A stretch of DNA of 64,000 nucleotides from Thermoanaerobaculia bacterium. Its GTDB lineage: Bacteria > Acidobacteriota > Thermoanaerobaculia > UBA5066. The notes beneath the pieces are model-generated. The model saw only the letters and a program-made list of their open reading frames with translations, did no database searches and was not told the origin of the DNA. The stretch is taken from positions 1 through 64,000 of the forward strand of contig CAWFJJ010000001.1 of assembly GCA_963816185.1 (NCBI GenBank). Reading direction: 5' to 3'. Each line of letters begins with the position of its first letter. Positions within the stretch are counted from its first letter, which is position 1. This document shows, piece by piece, positions 19,174 through 27,802 of the stretch. The position numbers were made by a program, and so were the translations under genes.

Positions 19174-19784
19174 GCGCGATCCCCGACGACGAGCGTCTCG
19201 AGGCGTACCGGGCGCTTCTCGAGGAGACGAAGCGCGAGCTCCTGGCGGCGGTCCCGAAGCAGGATCCGCGCTCCTGGCGGCTCGTCTCCGTCGTGCTGCC
19301 GATCGTGCTGACGAGCCTCTTCAGCGTCTTCGTCTACCGCGTGCAGTCCGGCATCGCGGACAAGGTCGACCGCGACTCGAAAGCGCTTCAGGCGCGCCTC
19401 TCGCTCACGCAGGACTACTACCGCGAGCGGCTGCGCATCTATCAGGTCATCCACGCGACGGTTTCGGAGGTGCGCGAGAAAGCACAGACTCTGCGCGGCG
19501 CGTCCGTGGACGAGGCGGGTCTCGACTCGAGCGTCAGCGCGCTCTACCGTTCCTACGCGAACAACTCGATCTTCCTCACGCGCGACCTCGAGCAGCGCCT
19601 GCAGGACCTGTGGGCGCACAGCCTCACGGTCCTCCGCGGCGACCGCGTCTCGAAGGCCGACGCCGAGAAGATCGTCGAGGGCATCGCCGGAATCGAGAAA
19701 CAGATGCGCCGGGACCTGCTCATCGACGAGCTGACGGCCGACCAGAAGCTCCTGCAGGAGCCTGCGGCGGCACCGGGTCGGTGA
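19170..19784 (+). CDS. Hypothetical single-TM protein with helical C-terminal domain
   Basis: GTGA overlap with the upstream gene; TM LVSVVLPIVLTSLFSVFVY; typical codon usage. Confidence 0.7.
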   Translation: MSAIPDDERLEAYRALLEETKRELLAAVPKQDPRSWRLVSVVLPIVLTSLFSVFVYRVQSGIADKVDRDSKALQARLSLTQDYYRERLRIYQVIHATVSEVREKAQTLRGASVDEAGLDSSVSALYRSYANNSIFLTRDLEQRLQDLWAHSLTVLRGDRVSKADAEKIVEGIAGIEKQMRRDLLIDELTADQKLLQEPAAAPGR

Positions 19785-19831
19785 GGCCGGGCGTCTCGAC
19801 GAGGGGCTCGCGACTCCGCTAGTCTCTCCGC

Positions 19832-20983
19832 GTGACCCCGGTCCGCCTCGCCGTTCGCCACGTCACGAGCCGCCCGCTCCGGAGCATTCTCACGATCGTC
19901 GCGATCGGGTTGTCCGCGGGGCTCGTCGGGTTCCTCTATCTCGTGAACGGCGCCCTCAAGAACGACTGGTCCGAGAACATGGGCCGCCGCGCGATGGTCA
20001 TGGCGAAGTCGTCCTTCTTCGAGAAGCTCCCGATGGCGTACCTCGCGAAGCTCGAGGAGATACCCGGCATCCAGCGCGTCTGCCCGTTCGACTTCCTCTT
20101 CGCGTTCTGGCAGAACGACCGGCCCGAGAACCAGGTCCCGTTCCAGGCCGCGCCCGCGGACGCGCTGATCGAGGTCTACATCGAGGCGAAGATCCCGCCC
20201 GACCAGATCGCCGCGTGGAAGGCCGACCCGACGGGCTGCGTCCTCGGCCCGATCCTCGCGAAGCAGCACAAATGGAAGATCGGAGACCACATCGTTCTCA
20301 AGGCGCCGGTGCCGGGAGGCGTCATCGAGACGACGGTGCGCGCGATCATGACGTACAAGCTCGACAACGGCCTCTACGTTCATCGCAAGTACTACGAGAA
20401 CATCACGGGCGACGCGGGCCGGGTCTCGATGTACTGGATCCTCGCGAAGTCACGCAACGACATCCCGAAAATCACGACCGAGATCGAGCGCCGGCTCGAG
20501 AACGCGCCCGTCCCGATCCGCGCGATGAGCGAGAAGCAATGGCAGCTCGCATTCATGGAGATGCTCGGAAACGTGCAGGCGCTCCTCGGCGGGATCGGCC
20601 TCGCGACCGCGTTCACGCTCTTCCTCATCACGAGCAACACGCTCGCGATGTCGGCCCGCGAGAGGCGGGGAGAGGCGGCGCTGCTGAGAGTCCTTGGTTT
20701 CCCCCGCCAGACCGTGCTGAGACTTCTCGTCCTCGAGGGGGCGTTCTTCGGGGCCGCGGGAGCGATCCTCGCCGTCGGCTTCATGAACCTCTTCGCGTAC
20801 CTCGTCGGGAGGGCGCTCATCGACACGCAGTGGGCGGGCATCGGCGCGCTCCTCAGCGCGGCCCCGGAGATGATCTTCGCGGTGACCGGCCTCTCTCTCC
20901 TCGTCGCCGTCGCCTCCTCGCTCGTGCCGGCGTTCAACTTGTCGCGCCGGTCGGTCGTCAGCCTCGCGCAGGAGACGGCTTGA
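19832..20983 (+). CDS. ABC transporter permease, MacB/FtsX family
   Basis: RPLRSILT N-terminus, periplasmic domain, NTLAMSARERRGEAALLRVLGF, LEG motif. Confidence 0.88.
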   Translation: MTPVRLAVRHVTSRPLRSILTIVAIGLSAGLVGFLYLVNGALKNDWSENMGRRAMVMAKSSFFEKLPMAYLAKLEEIPGIQRVCPFDFLFAFWQNDRPENQVPFQAAPADALIEVYIEAKIPPDQIAAWKADPTGCVLGPILAKQHKWKIGDHIVLKAPVPGGVIETTVRAIMTYKLDNGLYVHRKYYENITGDAGRVSMYWILAKSRNDIPKITTEIERRLENAPVPIRAMSEKQWQLAFMEMLGNVQALLGGIGLATAFTLFLITSNTLAMSARERRGEAALLRVLGFPRQTVLRLLVLEGAFFGAAGAILAVGFMNLFAYLVGRALIDTQWAGIGALLSAAPEMIFAVTGLSLLVAVASSLVPAFNLSRRSVVSLAQETA

Positions 20984-21012
20984 GGGACGGCGTCCTCGCT
21001 CATAATCCCGGC

Positions 21013-21963
21013 ATGCTGTCGCTCTTCCCAGAGATCGAGCCTTTCCGGTCCTTTCGTCTGCGCGTGTCCGGGCTCCACGAGCTGCACGTCGAGGAAGCCG
21101 GGAATCCGGCGGGTCCGCCCGTCATTTTCTTTCACGGCGGCCCCGGCGCGGGGATCTCACCCCTCCACCGCCGGTTCTTCGATCCCGCGTTCTGGCGGGT
21201 CGTCCTGTTCGATCAGCGCGGCTCCGGGAAGTCGACGCCTCTCGGCGAGCTGCGCGAGAACACGACGGGAGACCTGGTGGACGATGCCGAGCGCATCCGG
21301 ACGCATCTCGGCATCGAGAAGTGGCTCGTGTTCGGTGGGTCGTGGGGCTCGACGCTCGGCCTCGCTTACGCCGAGCGGCATCCCTCCCGCGTCACGGGGC
21401 TCATCCTCCGCGGAATCTTCCTCGCGCGGAAGTCCGAGCTGGACTGGACCTTCAACGACGGGGTGCGGCACATCTGGCCTGATGCGTGGGAGGCGTTCGT
21501 GGCGCCGCTGACGCCGCGCGAACGCGGGTCCATCGTGCGCGCCTACTACCGTCGCCTCACCTCGGAGGATCCCGCCGAACGAAGGGCCGCCGCGCTCGCG
21601 TGGAACGCCTTCGAGGAGGTCGCGAGCCATCTCGTCGCCGGCGCCAGCCCGCCCGCGGAGGACATCGAGCGCGAAATCGCGCTCGCGCGCATCGAAGCGC
21701 ATTACTTCATGAACGACTCCTTCCTCGAGACGGACGATCAGCTCCTGCGCGATGCGTGGCGCCTCAACGCGCTCCGAGGGGTGATCATCCAGGGGCGTTA
21801 CGACCTCGTCTGCCCGGCGCAGTCCGCATGGGAGCTCGCGGCCGCCTGGCCCGCGGCACGGCTCGTCGTCGTGCCGGCGTCCGGCCACGCGGCGGACGAG
21901 CCCGGCATCGCGAGCGCTCTCGTCGAAGCGACCGAGTCGTTCAAAGCCTCCGCGGCCGTCTGA
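21013..21963 (+). CDS. pip: Proline iminopeptidase
   Basis: HGGPG, FDQRGSGKS, VFGGSWGS nucleophile, LILRGIF, QGRYDLVCP, GH. Confidence 0.95.
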   Translation: MLSLFPEIEPFRSFRLRVSGLHELHVEEAGNPAGPPVIFFHGGPGAGISPLHRRFFDPAFWRVVLFDQRGSGKSTPLGELRENTTGDLVDDAERIRTHLGIEKWLVFGGSWGSTLGLAYAERHPSRVTGLILRGIFLARKSELDWTFNDGVRHIWPDAWEAFVAPLTPRERGSIVRAYYRRLTSEDPAERRAAALAWNAFEEVASHLVAGASPPAEDIEREIALARIEAHYFMNDSFLETDDQLLRDAWRLNALRGVIIQGRYDLVCPAQSAWELAAAWPAARLVVVPASGHAADEPGIASALVEATESFKASAAV

Positions 21964-22026
21964 ATCGGATTTGCCTCAACGTTTTCGCCGTCGCCTCGGT
22001 AGAAGGGGTGTGGCGGAGGGAACGGC

Positions 22027-22656
22027 ATGGCGTACGGCGCGGCAGGCGGGCTGACGGTGGCGGCGCTCCTGTACGGACCCTTGCCGGGGACGACGGAAGC
22101 GGGCGCGCTCCTGCCGTTGATCGTGAAAGCCCGGGACGGCGACGTCGAGGCCTTCGAAGATCTGATGGTCGCGACCGAGGGGCAGGTCCTGAGGGTCGCC
22201 GGCCGCCTTCTCGGAGACCGTGAGCTCGCGCGGGATGCGGCGCAGGAGGTCTTCCTCCGGGTCTTCAAGTCTCTGCGGGGATTCCGCGAGCGCGAAGATT
22301 TCCGGGCCTGGCTCTACCGGATCACGGTGAACGTTTGCCGGGATGCAGGCCGCCGCAAGAGCCGACCCGGCCCCCGCGTGCCGCTCGAGGGCCGCGAAGT
22401 CGAGGACGGGGGCCCTCTCGGCGAAGCGTCGCTCCTCGCGCGCGAGCGCGTCGACGCCGTGCGGCGTGCTCTCGCCACGCTCTCCCCGCGAGAACGGGCC
22501 GCCGTCGTCCTCCGCGACCTCGAGGGGCTCACGAGCGAAGAGGTATCGAAGGTCCTCGGCTCGCGGCCGGGAACGGTGCGGGCGCAGGTCGCAAGCGCGC
22601 GGGCGAAGCTCCGAGAGCGCCTCGCCCCGTTTTTCGAGAGAGGGGAGAGGACATGA
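22027..22656 (+). CDS. ECF RNA polymerase sigma factor
   Basis: GDVEAF, DAAQEVFL, FRAWLYRITVN (region 2); LSPRERAAVVLRDLEGL..EEVS..GTV (region 4). Confidence 0.93.
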   Translation: MAYGAAGGLTVAALLYGPLPGTTEAGALLPLIVKARDGDVEAFEDLMVATEGQVLRVAGRLLGDRELARDAAQEVFLRVFKSLRGFREREDFRAWLYRITVNVCRDAGRRKSRPGPRVPLEGREVEDGGPLGEASLLARERVDAVRRALATLSPRERAAVVLRDLEGLTSEEVSKVLGSRPGTVRAQVASARAKLRERLAPFFERGERT

Positions 22657-23294
22657 CGTGCCGCGCCGCCCGCCGTCTGCTCCCTCTCTACGTTGGAGGA
22701 GACCTGAACGAGGCGAAAGCGAGCGCCGTCGCCGGCCACCTCGCGGCGTGCGCGGCATGCCGTACGGAAGTCGAGGCGTTCGCGGAGGCCCGCTCTCTTA
22801 TGCCGCTTGCGTCGATGTCTTTTGGCGAATCGGAGCGCGCGCTTCTCCGGCGGCACGTCCTCGACGAGATTGCGAGACGGGGGCGCCCATCTCGCTTCGC
22901 CGCTTTGCTTCGGCCGCGCTTCGCGATGGCAGCGCTCGCGGGGGCCGTGGTAATCGCCGCCTCGCTCGTCTCTCCGTTCTTCGTCCGGGACACCGTGGAG
23001 CCCGGGGCCATGCTCCAGGTCCGCCCGGCTCCCTCCGCGACTCCCCGGCCCGCGGTGGAACACATTGCCGAGTCGGTGCCTCTCCCCGCGGATCGATCAA
23101 CCCCAATCTCCCGCGTGCGCGTCGCAAAGAGTGCGCACCGGCCAAATGCGCCGGCTTCGGAGAAACTCGGTCCGGCCATACGCCTCGAGATCCAGACCGG
23201 GAACGTGAACGTGCGAATCATCTGGTTCACCGGAGGGAATTCTGCCGGAGAAGAGCCTTCGGGCCCTTCCGGGGACACGAACGACGTCTCGTAA
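22653..23294 (+). CDS. Anti-sigma factor with zf-HC2 zinc-binding domain and TM helix
   Basis: MTC..HLAACAAC ZAS motif; TM; ATGA overlap with the sigma gene; GGAGAGG RBS. Confidence 0.88.
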   Translation: MTCRAARRLLPLYVGGDLNEAKASAVAGHLAACAACRTEVEAFAEARSLMPLASMSFGESERALLRRHVLDEIARRGRPSRFAALLRPRFAMAALAGAVVIAASLVSPFFVRDTVEPGAMLQVRPAPSATPRPAVEHIAESVPLPADRSTPISRVRVAKSAHRPNAPASEKLGPAIRLEIQTGNVNVRIIWFTGGNSAGEEPSGPSGDTNDVS

Positions 23295-23322
23295 TGCGGG
23301 CGCGTGCTCGCAGGAGGAATAC

Positions 23323-24177
23323 ATGGTCTCTACAAAGGTGATTTCGAAAGTCTCTGCGCTCGCCGCGTCGGCGATTCTGTTCGCGCTTCCTTTCGCGCAT
23401 GAGGCCGGCGCTCAGGGCACGCCCGCTCCGGCCCCAGCGCCCGCGGCCACGGCTCATCCTGCGGCCGTCGCGCCAACCGCTCCGCCGGCGGACGTCACTC
23501 CGGAGAAAGGGCTGAAGAGCCGGATCTTCACGGTCGCCCACCGGGATCCGGACGCGCTCGTGCGGATCCTCCGCCCGCTCGGAAGCGGGGCGCGCGGGGC
23601 CGTCCTCTCGGCCGATTCGGGCTTCGGCACGATCTCGGCGCGAGATTTCCCGGAGAACCTCGCCGTGATGGAAGAGGCCGTCAAGCGCTTCGACGTGGCC
23701 GAGCCGGCCCGCGCCGACGTCGAGCTCAGGATCCACGTCCTTCTGGCGAGCAACCGTTCCGACGCGGCGTCGTCGTTCCCGGAGGACCTCAAGGAGGTCG
23801 TCACGGCTCTTCGCGGGACGCTTCTCTACAAGAGCTACACGCTCGTAACGACGTTCGTCGAGCGTGCCAAGGATCGCGCGCGCGTCATCACGGCTTCGGG
23901 GGTCGCGGCGTTGCCAGGTGCCGAGGGCAAGGAGGCGCCGGCGCTCCAGATCGACTGCGAGGCCCACGGGCTGACGATCGAGCCAGGCACGGCAGGATCC
24001 GATCTCGTGCGCCTCGAGAACTTCTCGCTGACGGCGTTCGGCCTCCACGGGTTCGCGGGACGCGCCTCCGTCCGCACGGACCTGACGCTGCGTCCGGGGG
24101 AGAAGGTCGTCGTCGGAACCTCCTCGCTGGGCGACAAGGGCCTCGTGGTCGTGGTCTCGGCGACCGTCGTGAAATGA
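23323..24177 (+). CDS. Exported protein with secretin-N (NolW-like) domain and short beta-rich C-terminus
   Basis: AGGAGG RBS; signal peptide; RIFTVAHRDP..ISARDFPENLAVMEEAVKRFD resembles the secretin N-domain; TDLTLRPGEKVVVG resembles secretin core strands. Confidence 0.6.
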   Translation: MVSTKVISKVSALAASAILFALPFAHEAGAQGTPAPAPAPAATAHPAAVAPTAPPADVTPEKGLKSRIFTVAHRDPDALVRILRPLGSGARGAVLSADSGFGTISARDFPENLAVMEEAVKRFDVAEPARADVELRIHVLLASNRSDAASSFPEDLKEVVTALRGTLLYKSYTLVTTFVERAKDRARVITASGVAALPGAEGKEAPALQIDCEAHGLTIEPGTAGSDLVRLENFSLTAFGLHGFAGRASVRTDLTLRPGEKVVVGTSSLGDKGLVVVVSATVVK

Positions 24178-24195
24178 CGACGACGGGCGAAGCCT

Positions 24196-25986
24196 TCATC
24201 CCCGCTCGAGGCGCGCCATCAGGAGCTGACGCTGGAGGACGAGCTCTTTCGGCATCGTGGCCGCGAGCTTCGTGAAGAACTCCTCCTGGTCTTTGAGCTC
24301 GGTCTTCCACGCCTCGATGTCGATGGATTCGGCTTCGTCCACGTCCTCCAGTGACACGGACATGCCGGAAAGATCGAACTCGGCCTGATGCGGGACCCAG
24401 CCGAGCGCGGTCTCCCAGCCGCCGGTGCGCCGGTGGGTGCGGTCGATGATCCACTTCAGGACGCGCATGTTCTCGCCGAAGCCGGGCCACAGAAACCGCC
24501 CGTCGGCTCCCTTGCGAAACCAGTTCACCTGGAAGATCTTCGGAAGGTCTTTGAGGGAGGTCGCCATGTCCAGCCAGTGGTCGAAGTACGCCCCCATGTC
24601 GTACCCGCAGAACGGGAGCATCGCCATCGGGTCGCGGCGCACGACGCCCACCTTCCCCGCGGCGGCGGCGGTCGTCTCCGAGCCGAGCGTCGCGCCCAGG
24701 TAGACGCCGTGCACCCAGTTGAAGGCCTGGACGACGAGCGGCACCGTCGTGGAGCGGCGGCCGCCGAAGACGATGGCGGCGATCGGGACGCCCCCGGGAT
24801 CGTTCGCATGCGGCGACATGTGCGGGTTGTTCGTCATGGGAGCCGTGAAGCGGCTGTTCGGATGCGCCGCCTTCTCCGGGGAGCCCTTCCTCCACGGGCG
24901 GCCCTGCCAGTCGACGAGCTCCTCGGGCACGGCGCCGTCCTTGCCCTCCCACCACACGTCGCCGTCCGGGGTCATCGCGACGTTCGTGTAGATCGTGTCT
25001 TTGGCGATGGTGCGCATCGCGGTGGGGTTCGTGGCGTGGTTCGTCCCGGGCGCGACGCCGAAGTAGCCCGCTTCGGGGTTGATCGCCCAGAGCCGGCCGT
25101 CGGGTCCGGGGCGCATCCAGCAGATGTCGTCGCCCACGGTCCAGACCTTCCATCGGTGAAAGCGCTTCGGCGGGATGAGCATGGCGAAGTTCGTCTTCCC
25201 GCAGGCGCTCGGAAACGCGGCGGCGACGTACGTCGTCTCGCCGCTCGGATCCTCGACGCCGACGATCGTCATGTGCTCGGCCATCCAGCCCTCGCGCCGG
25301 CCGAGATAAGAGCCGATGCGAAGAGCGAGGCACTTCTTTCCGAGAAGGACGTTCCCGCCGTATCCGCTGCCGATCGACCAGACGGTGTTGTCCTCCGGGA
25401 AATGGCAGATGAACCGGCGGTCGGGGTTCACGTCGAGCATGGAGTGGAGGCCCCGGTTGAAGTCGCTCGAAGAGCCGAGCGCGTCGAGAGCGCCCTGGCC
25501 CATGCGCGTCATGATCCCCATGTTCAGGACGACGTAGAGGCTGTCCGTGAGCTCCACGCCGATCTTCGCCATCGGCGAGCCGAAAGGCCCCATGAGGTAA
25601 GGGACGACGTAAAGCGTGCGGCCGGCCATCGAACCGTCGAAGAGGCGGCCGAGCTTCCGGTAAGCTTCTTCCGGCGGCATCCAGTTGTTGGTCGGGCCCG
25701 CTTCCTCTCTCGTTCTCGTGCAGATGAAGGTGAGCTGCTCGACGCGCGCCACGTCGTTCGGGTTGGAGCGATGGAGAGTGCAGCCCGGCAGCTTCTCGTG
25801 ATTCAAAGGGATGAGGATTCCGAGGCGCACGGCTTCGCGCGTCAGCGTTTCTTTTTCGGCGGCCGATCCGTCGCACCAGACCACGCGATCCGGCTTCGTG
25901 AGCCGGACGCACGCCTCGATCCACGAGAGGAGATGGGCGTTCCGCGAAAGCGGAGCGCCGATGCCGGTCGCGGGCGCTGAGCTCAA
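24196..25986 (-). CDS. pckG: Phosphoenolpyruvate carboxykinase (GTP)
   Basis: SNPNDVARVE, GSGYGGN..GKKCLALR, AEHM, AFPSACGKTN, VGDDI, NPEAGYFGVAPGT, HPNSRF, DPMAMLPFCGY; GAGGAG RBS before TTG 25986. Confidence 0.96.
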   Translation of the reverse strand: MSSAPATGIGAPLSRNAHLLSWIEACVRLTKPDRVVWCDGSAAEKETLTREAVRLGILIPLNHEKLPGCTLHRSNPNDVARVEQLTFICTRTREEAGPTNNWMPPEEAYRKLGRLFDGSMAGRTLYVVPYLMGPFGSPMAKIGVELTDSLYVVLNMGIMTRMGQGALDALGSSSDFNRGLHSMLDVNPDRRFICHFPEDNTVWSIGSGYGGNVLLGKKCLALRIGSYLGRREGWMAEHMTIVGVEDPSGETTYVAAAFPSACGKTNFAMLIPPKRFHRWKVWTVGDDICWMRPGPDGRLWAINPEAGYFGVAPGTNHATNPTAMRTIAKDTIYTNVAMTPDGDVWWEGKDGAVPEELVDWQGRPWRKGSPEKAAHPNSRFTAPMTNNPHMSPHANDPGGVPIAAIVFGGRRSTTVPLVVQAFNWVHGVYLGATLGSETTAAAAGKVGVVRRDPMAMLPFCGYDMGAYFDHWLDMATSLKDLPKIFQVNWFRKGADGRFLWPGFGENMRVLKWIIDRTHRRTGGWETALGWVPHQAEFDLSGMSVSLEDVDEAESIDIEAWKTELKDQEEFFTKLAATMPKELVLQRQLLMARLERG

Positions 25987-26067
25987 GGGACTCCTCGGGA
26001 GAGTCGGCCGCGCGGGCGGCGCGAGGGCGAAAAATAGCACGGGAGCCTTTTCTGCTACGGTGACGAG

Positions 26068-26910
26068 GTGCACCGCCTCGTGCGCCTTTACCCGAGGAAA
26101 GCGGGCTCTCGTGCGGCCGGCGCCCTCGCGCGAATGCGCCTTCCCGAAGGGCTGCGCCGCCCGCTCCTCGGCCGTTTCGCGACCGCGGTCGGGGCGAACC
26201 TCGACGAGGCCGAGAGAGACCTCGGAGCGTACGTCTCGTTCCTCGAATTTTTCACCCGACGGCTGAAGGCGGGTGCAAGGCCTCAGGCCCCGGCCGTGCC
26301 GGGCGCGATCAACTCGCCGGTCGACGGCCTCCTGATCTCCGAGGGCCGCGTGAAGGAGGGCACTCTCCTCCAGGCCAAAGGGCTCGACTACGGCCTCGGC
26401 GATCTCCTTGACGGGGATCCGCTCGCTTCGGAATTCGCGCGCGCGCGTTACGCGACGCTCTACCTCGCACCGAAGGACTATCACCGCATCCACGTTCCTC
26501 TCGCGGGAACGGTCCTCGCAGTGGGGCGCGTGGAAGGTGAGCTCTGGCCCGTAAACGCGTGGTCCACCGCCTCGACCCCGCGACTCTACGTGAGGAACCG
26601 CCGCGCCTACTGGATCGCGCGCGGAGCGCGGGAAGCCGAGGGGCTCACCATGGCCGTCGTCATGGTGGCGGCGACGCACGTGGGCGGCGTCGTCGTGGAT
26701 CCGCGTTGGCTCGAGGGTCGCGTCCTGCCGCGCCGCGGCCGGCTCGACGCGGCGAATCTCCCGTGCGCGAGCGGCGACGACCTCGGCGCGTTCGAGCTCG
26801 GCTCAACCGTGGTCCTCCTCGTCGGAGGAGAGAAGGCGGACGCCTGGGATCTCACGCGCGGCCTCGGGCCGGTGAAGGTGGGGGAGAGGCTCGGGCGCTT
26901 CACCGGCTAA
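26068..26910 (+). CDS. psd: Phosphatidylserine decarboxylase proenzyme
   Basis: FFTRRLK, SPVDG, QAKG, YLAPKDYHRIH, FELGSTV (LGST autocleavage site). Confidence 0.93.
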   Translation: MHRLVRLYPRKAGSRAAGALARMRLPEGLRRPLLGRFATAVGANLDEAERDLGAYVSFLEFFTRRLKAGARPQAPAVPGAINSPVDGLLISEGRVKEGTLLQAKGLDYGLGDLLDGDPLASEFARARYATLYLAPKDYHRIHVPLAGTVLAVGRVEGELWPVNAWSTASTPRLYVRNRRAYWIARGAREAEGLTMAVVMVAATHVGGVVVDPRWLEGRVLPRRGRLDAANLPCASGDDLGAFELGSTVVLLVGGEKADAWDLTRGLGPVKVGERLGRFTG

Positions 26911-26942
26911 AATCTCCCGGCCAAAGTCAGGAGCGATCTCAG

Positions 26943-27791
26943 ATGAATCGGCGGTCGACGCAGTTTTTCGGTGTCCTGGTGTGCGTCCTCGCCGCGCGCT
27001 TCGTCGCGCGGGCCGAGACGCTTCCCCCGCACGGGCACCTCGCCCAGGTCAACGGGTTCGAGCTCTATTACGAGGTCTACGGCGACGGACCGCCCCTCGT
27101 CATGCTTCACAGCTTCGGGGCCTCGGGAGCGGTCTGGATGCCGCTCGTTCCCGAGTTCGCGAAATCGTACCGGGTCATCCTGCCGGATCTCCGCGGGCAC
27201 GGCCGCTCGACGAACCCGTCGGGCCAGTTCTCGCACCGGCAGGCGGCGCTCGACATCTTCGCGCTCCTCGACCAGATGGGGGTGAAGTCCTTCAAGGCGA
27301 TCGGGGCCAGCACCGGGGCGATGACCCTCGTCCACATGGCGACCCAGCAGCCTGCCCGCGTCGAAGCGATGGTCCTCGTGGGCGGGACCGACCAGATCGG
27401 CCCGGAGGTGCGCGCCCTTTTGCGAAATCCGGACTGCGAAAAGCTTTCGCCCGAGGAATGGAAGGCGAAACGCGAGATCCACAAGCACGGCGACGAGCAG
27501 ATCCTCGCGCTCCAGCGCATCTTCTGCGCGGCCAAGGACGTTTACGACGACGTCAACTTCACGCCGCCCTACCTCTCGACGATCTCCGCTCGGACCCTCA
27601 TCGTGCACGGCGATCACGACCGGTACTTCCCGGTTCGAATCCCCGTCGAGATGTACGGTGCGATCCCGCACGCGTACCTGTGGATCGTCCCCAACGGCGG
27701 CCACATTCCCGCGTACTCGCCCAAGCTCCGGGAAACCTTCCAACGCACCGCTCTCGAGTTTCTGAGCGGCGCCTGGGAGAAGAAACCGTAA
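26943..27791 (+). CDS. Alpha/beta hydrolase with signal peptide
   Basis: LYYEVYGDGPP, DLRGHGRS, GASTGA nucleophile elbow, HGDHD, GGH. Confidence 0.88.
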   Translation: MNRRSTQFFGVLVCVLAARFVARAETLPPHGHLAQVNGFELYYEVYGDGPPLVMLHSFGASGAVWMPLVPEFAKSYRVILPDLRGHGRSTNPSGQFSHRQAALDIFALLDQMGVKSFKAIGASTGAMTLVHMATQQPARVEAMVLVGGTDQIGPEVRALLRNPDCEKLSPEEWKAKREIHKHGDEQILALQRIFCAAKDVYDDVNFTPPYLSTISARTLIVHGDHDRYFPVRIPVEMYGAIPHAYLWIVPNGGHIPAYSPKLRETFQRTALEFLSGAWEKKP

Positions 27792-27802
27792 GACACGCCG
27801 CC

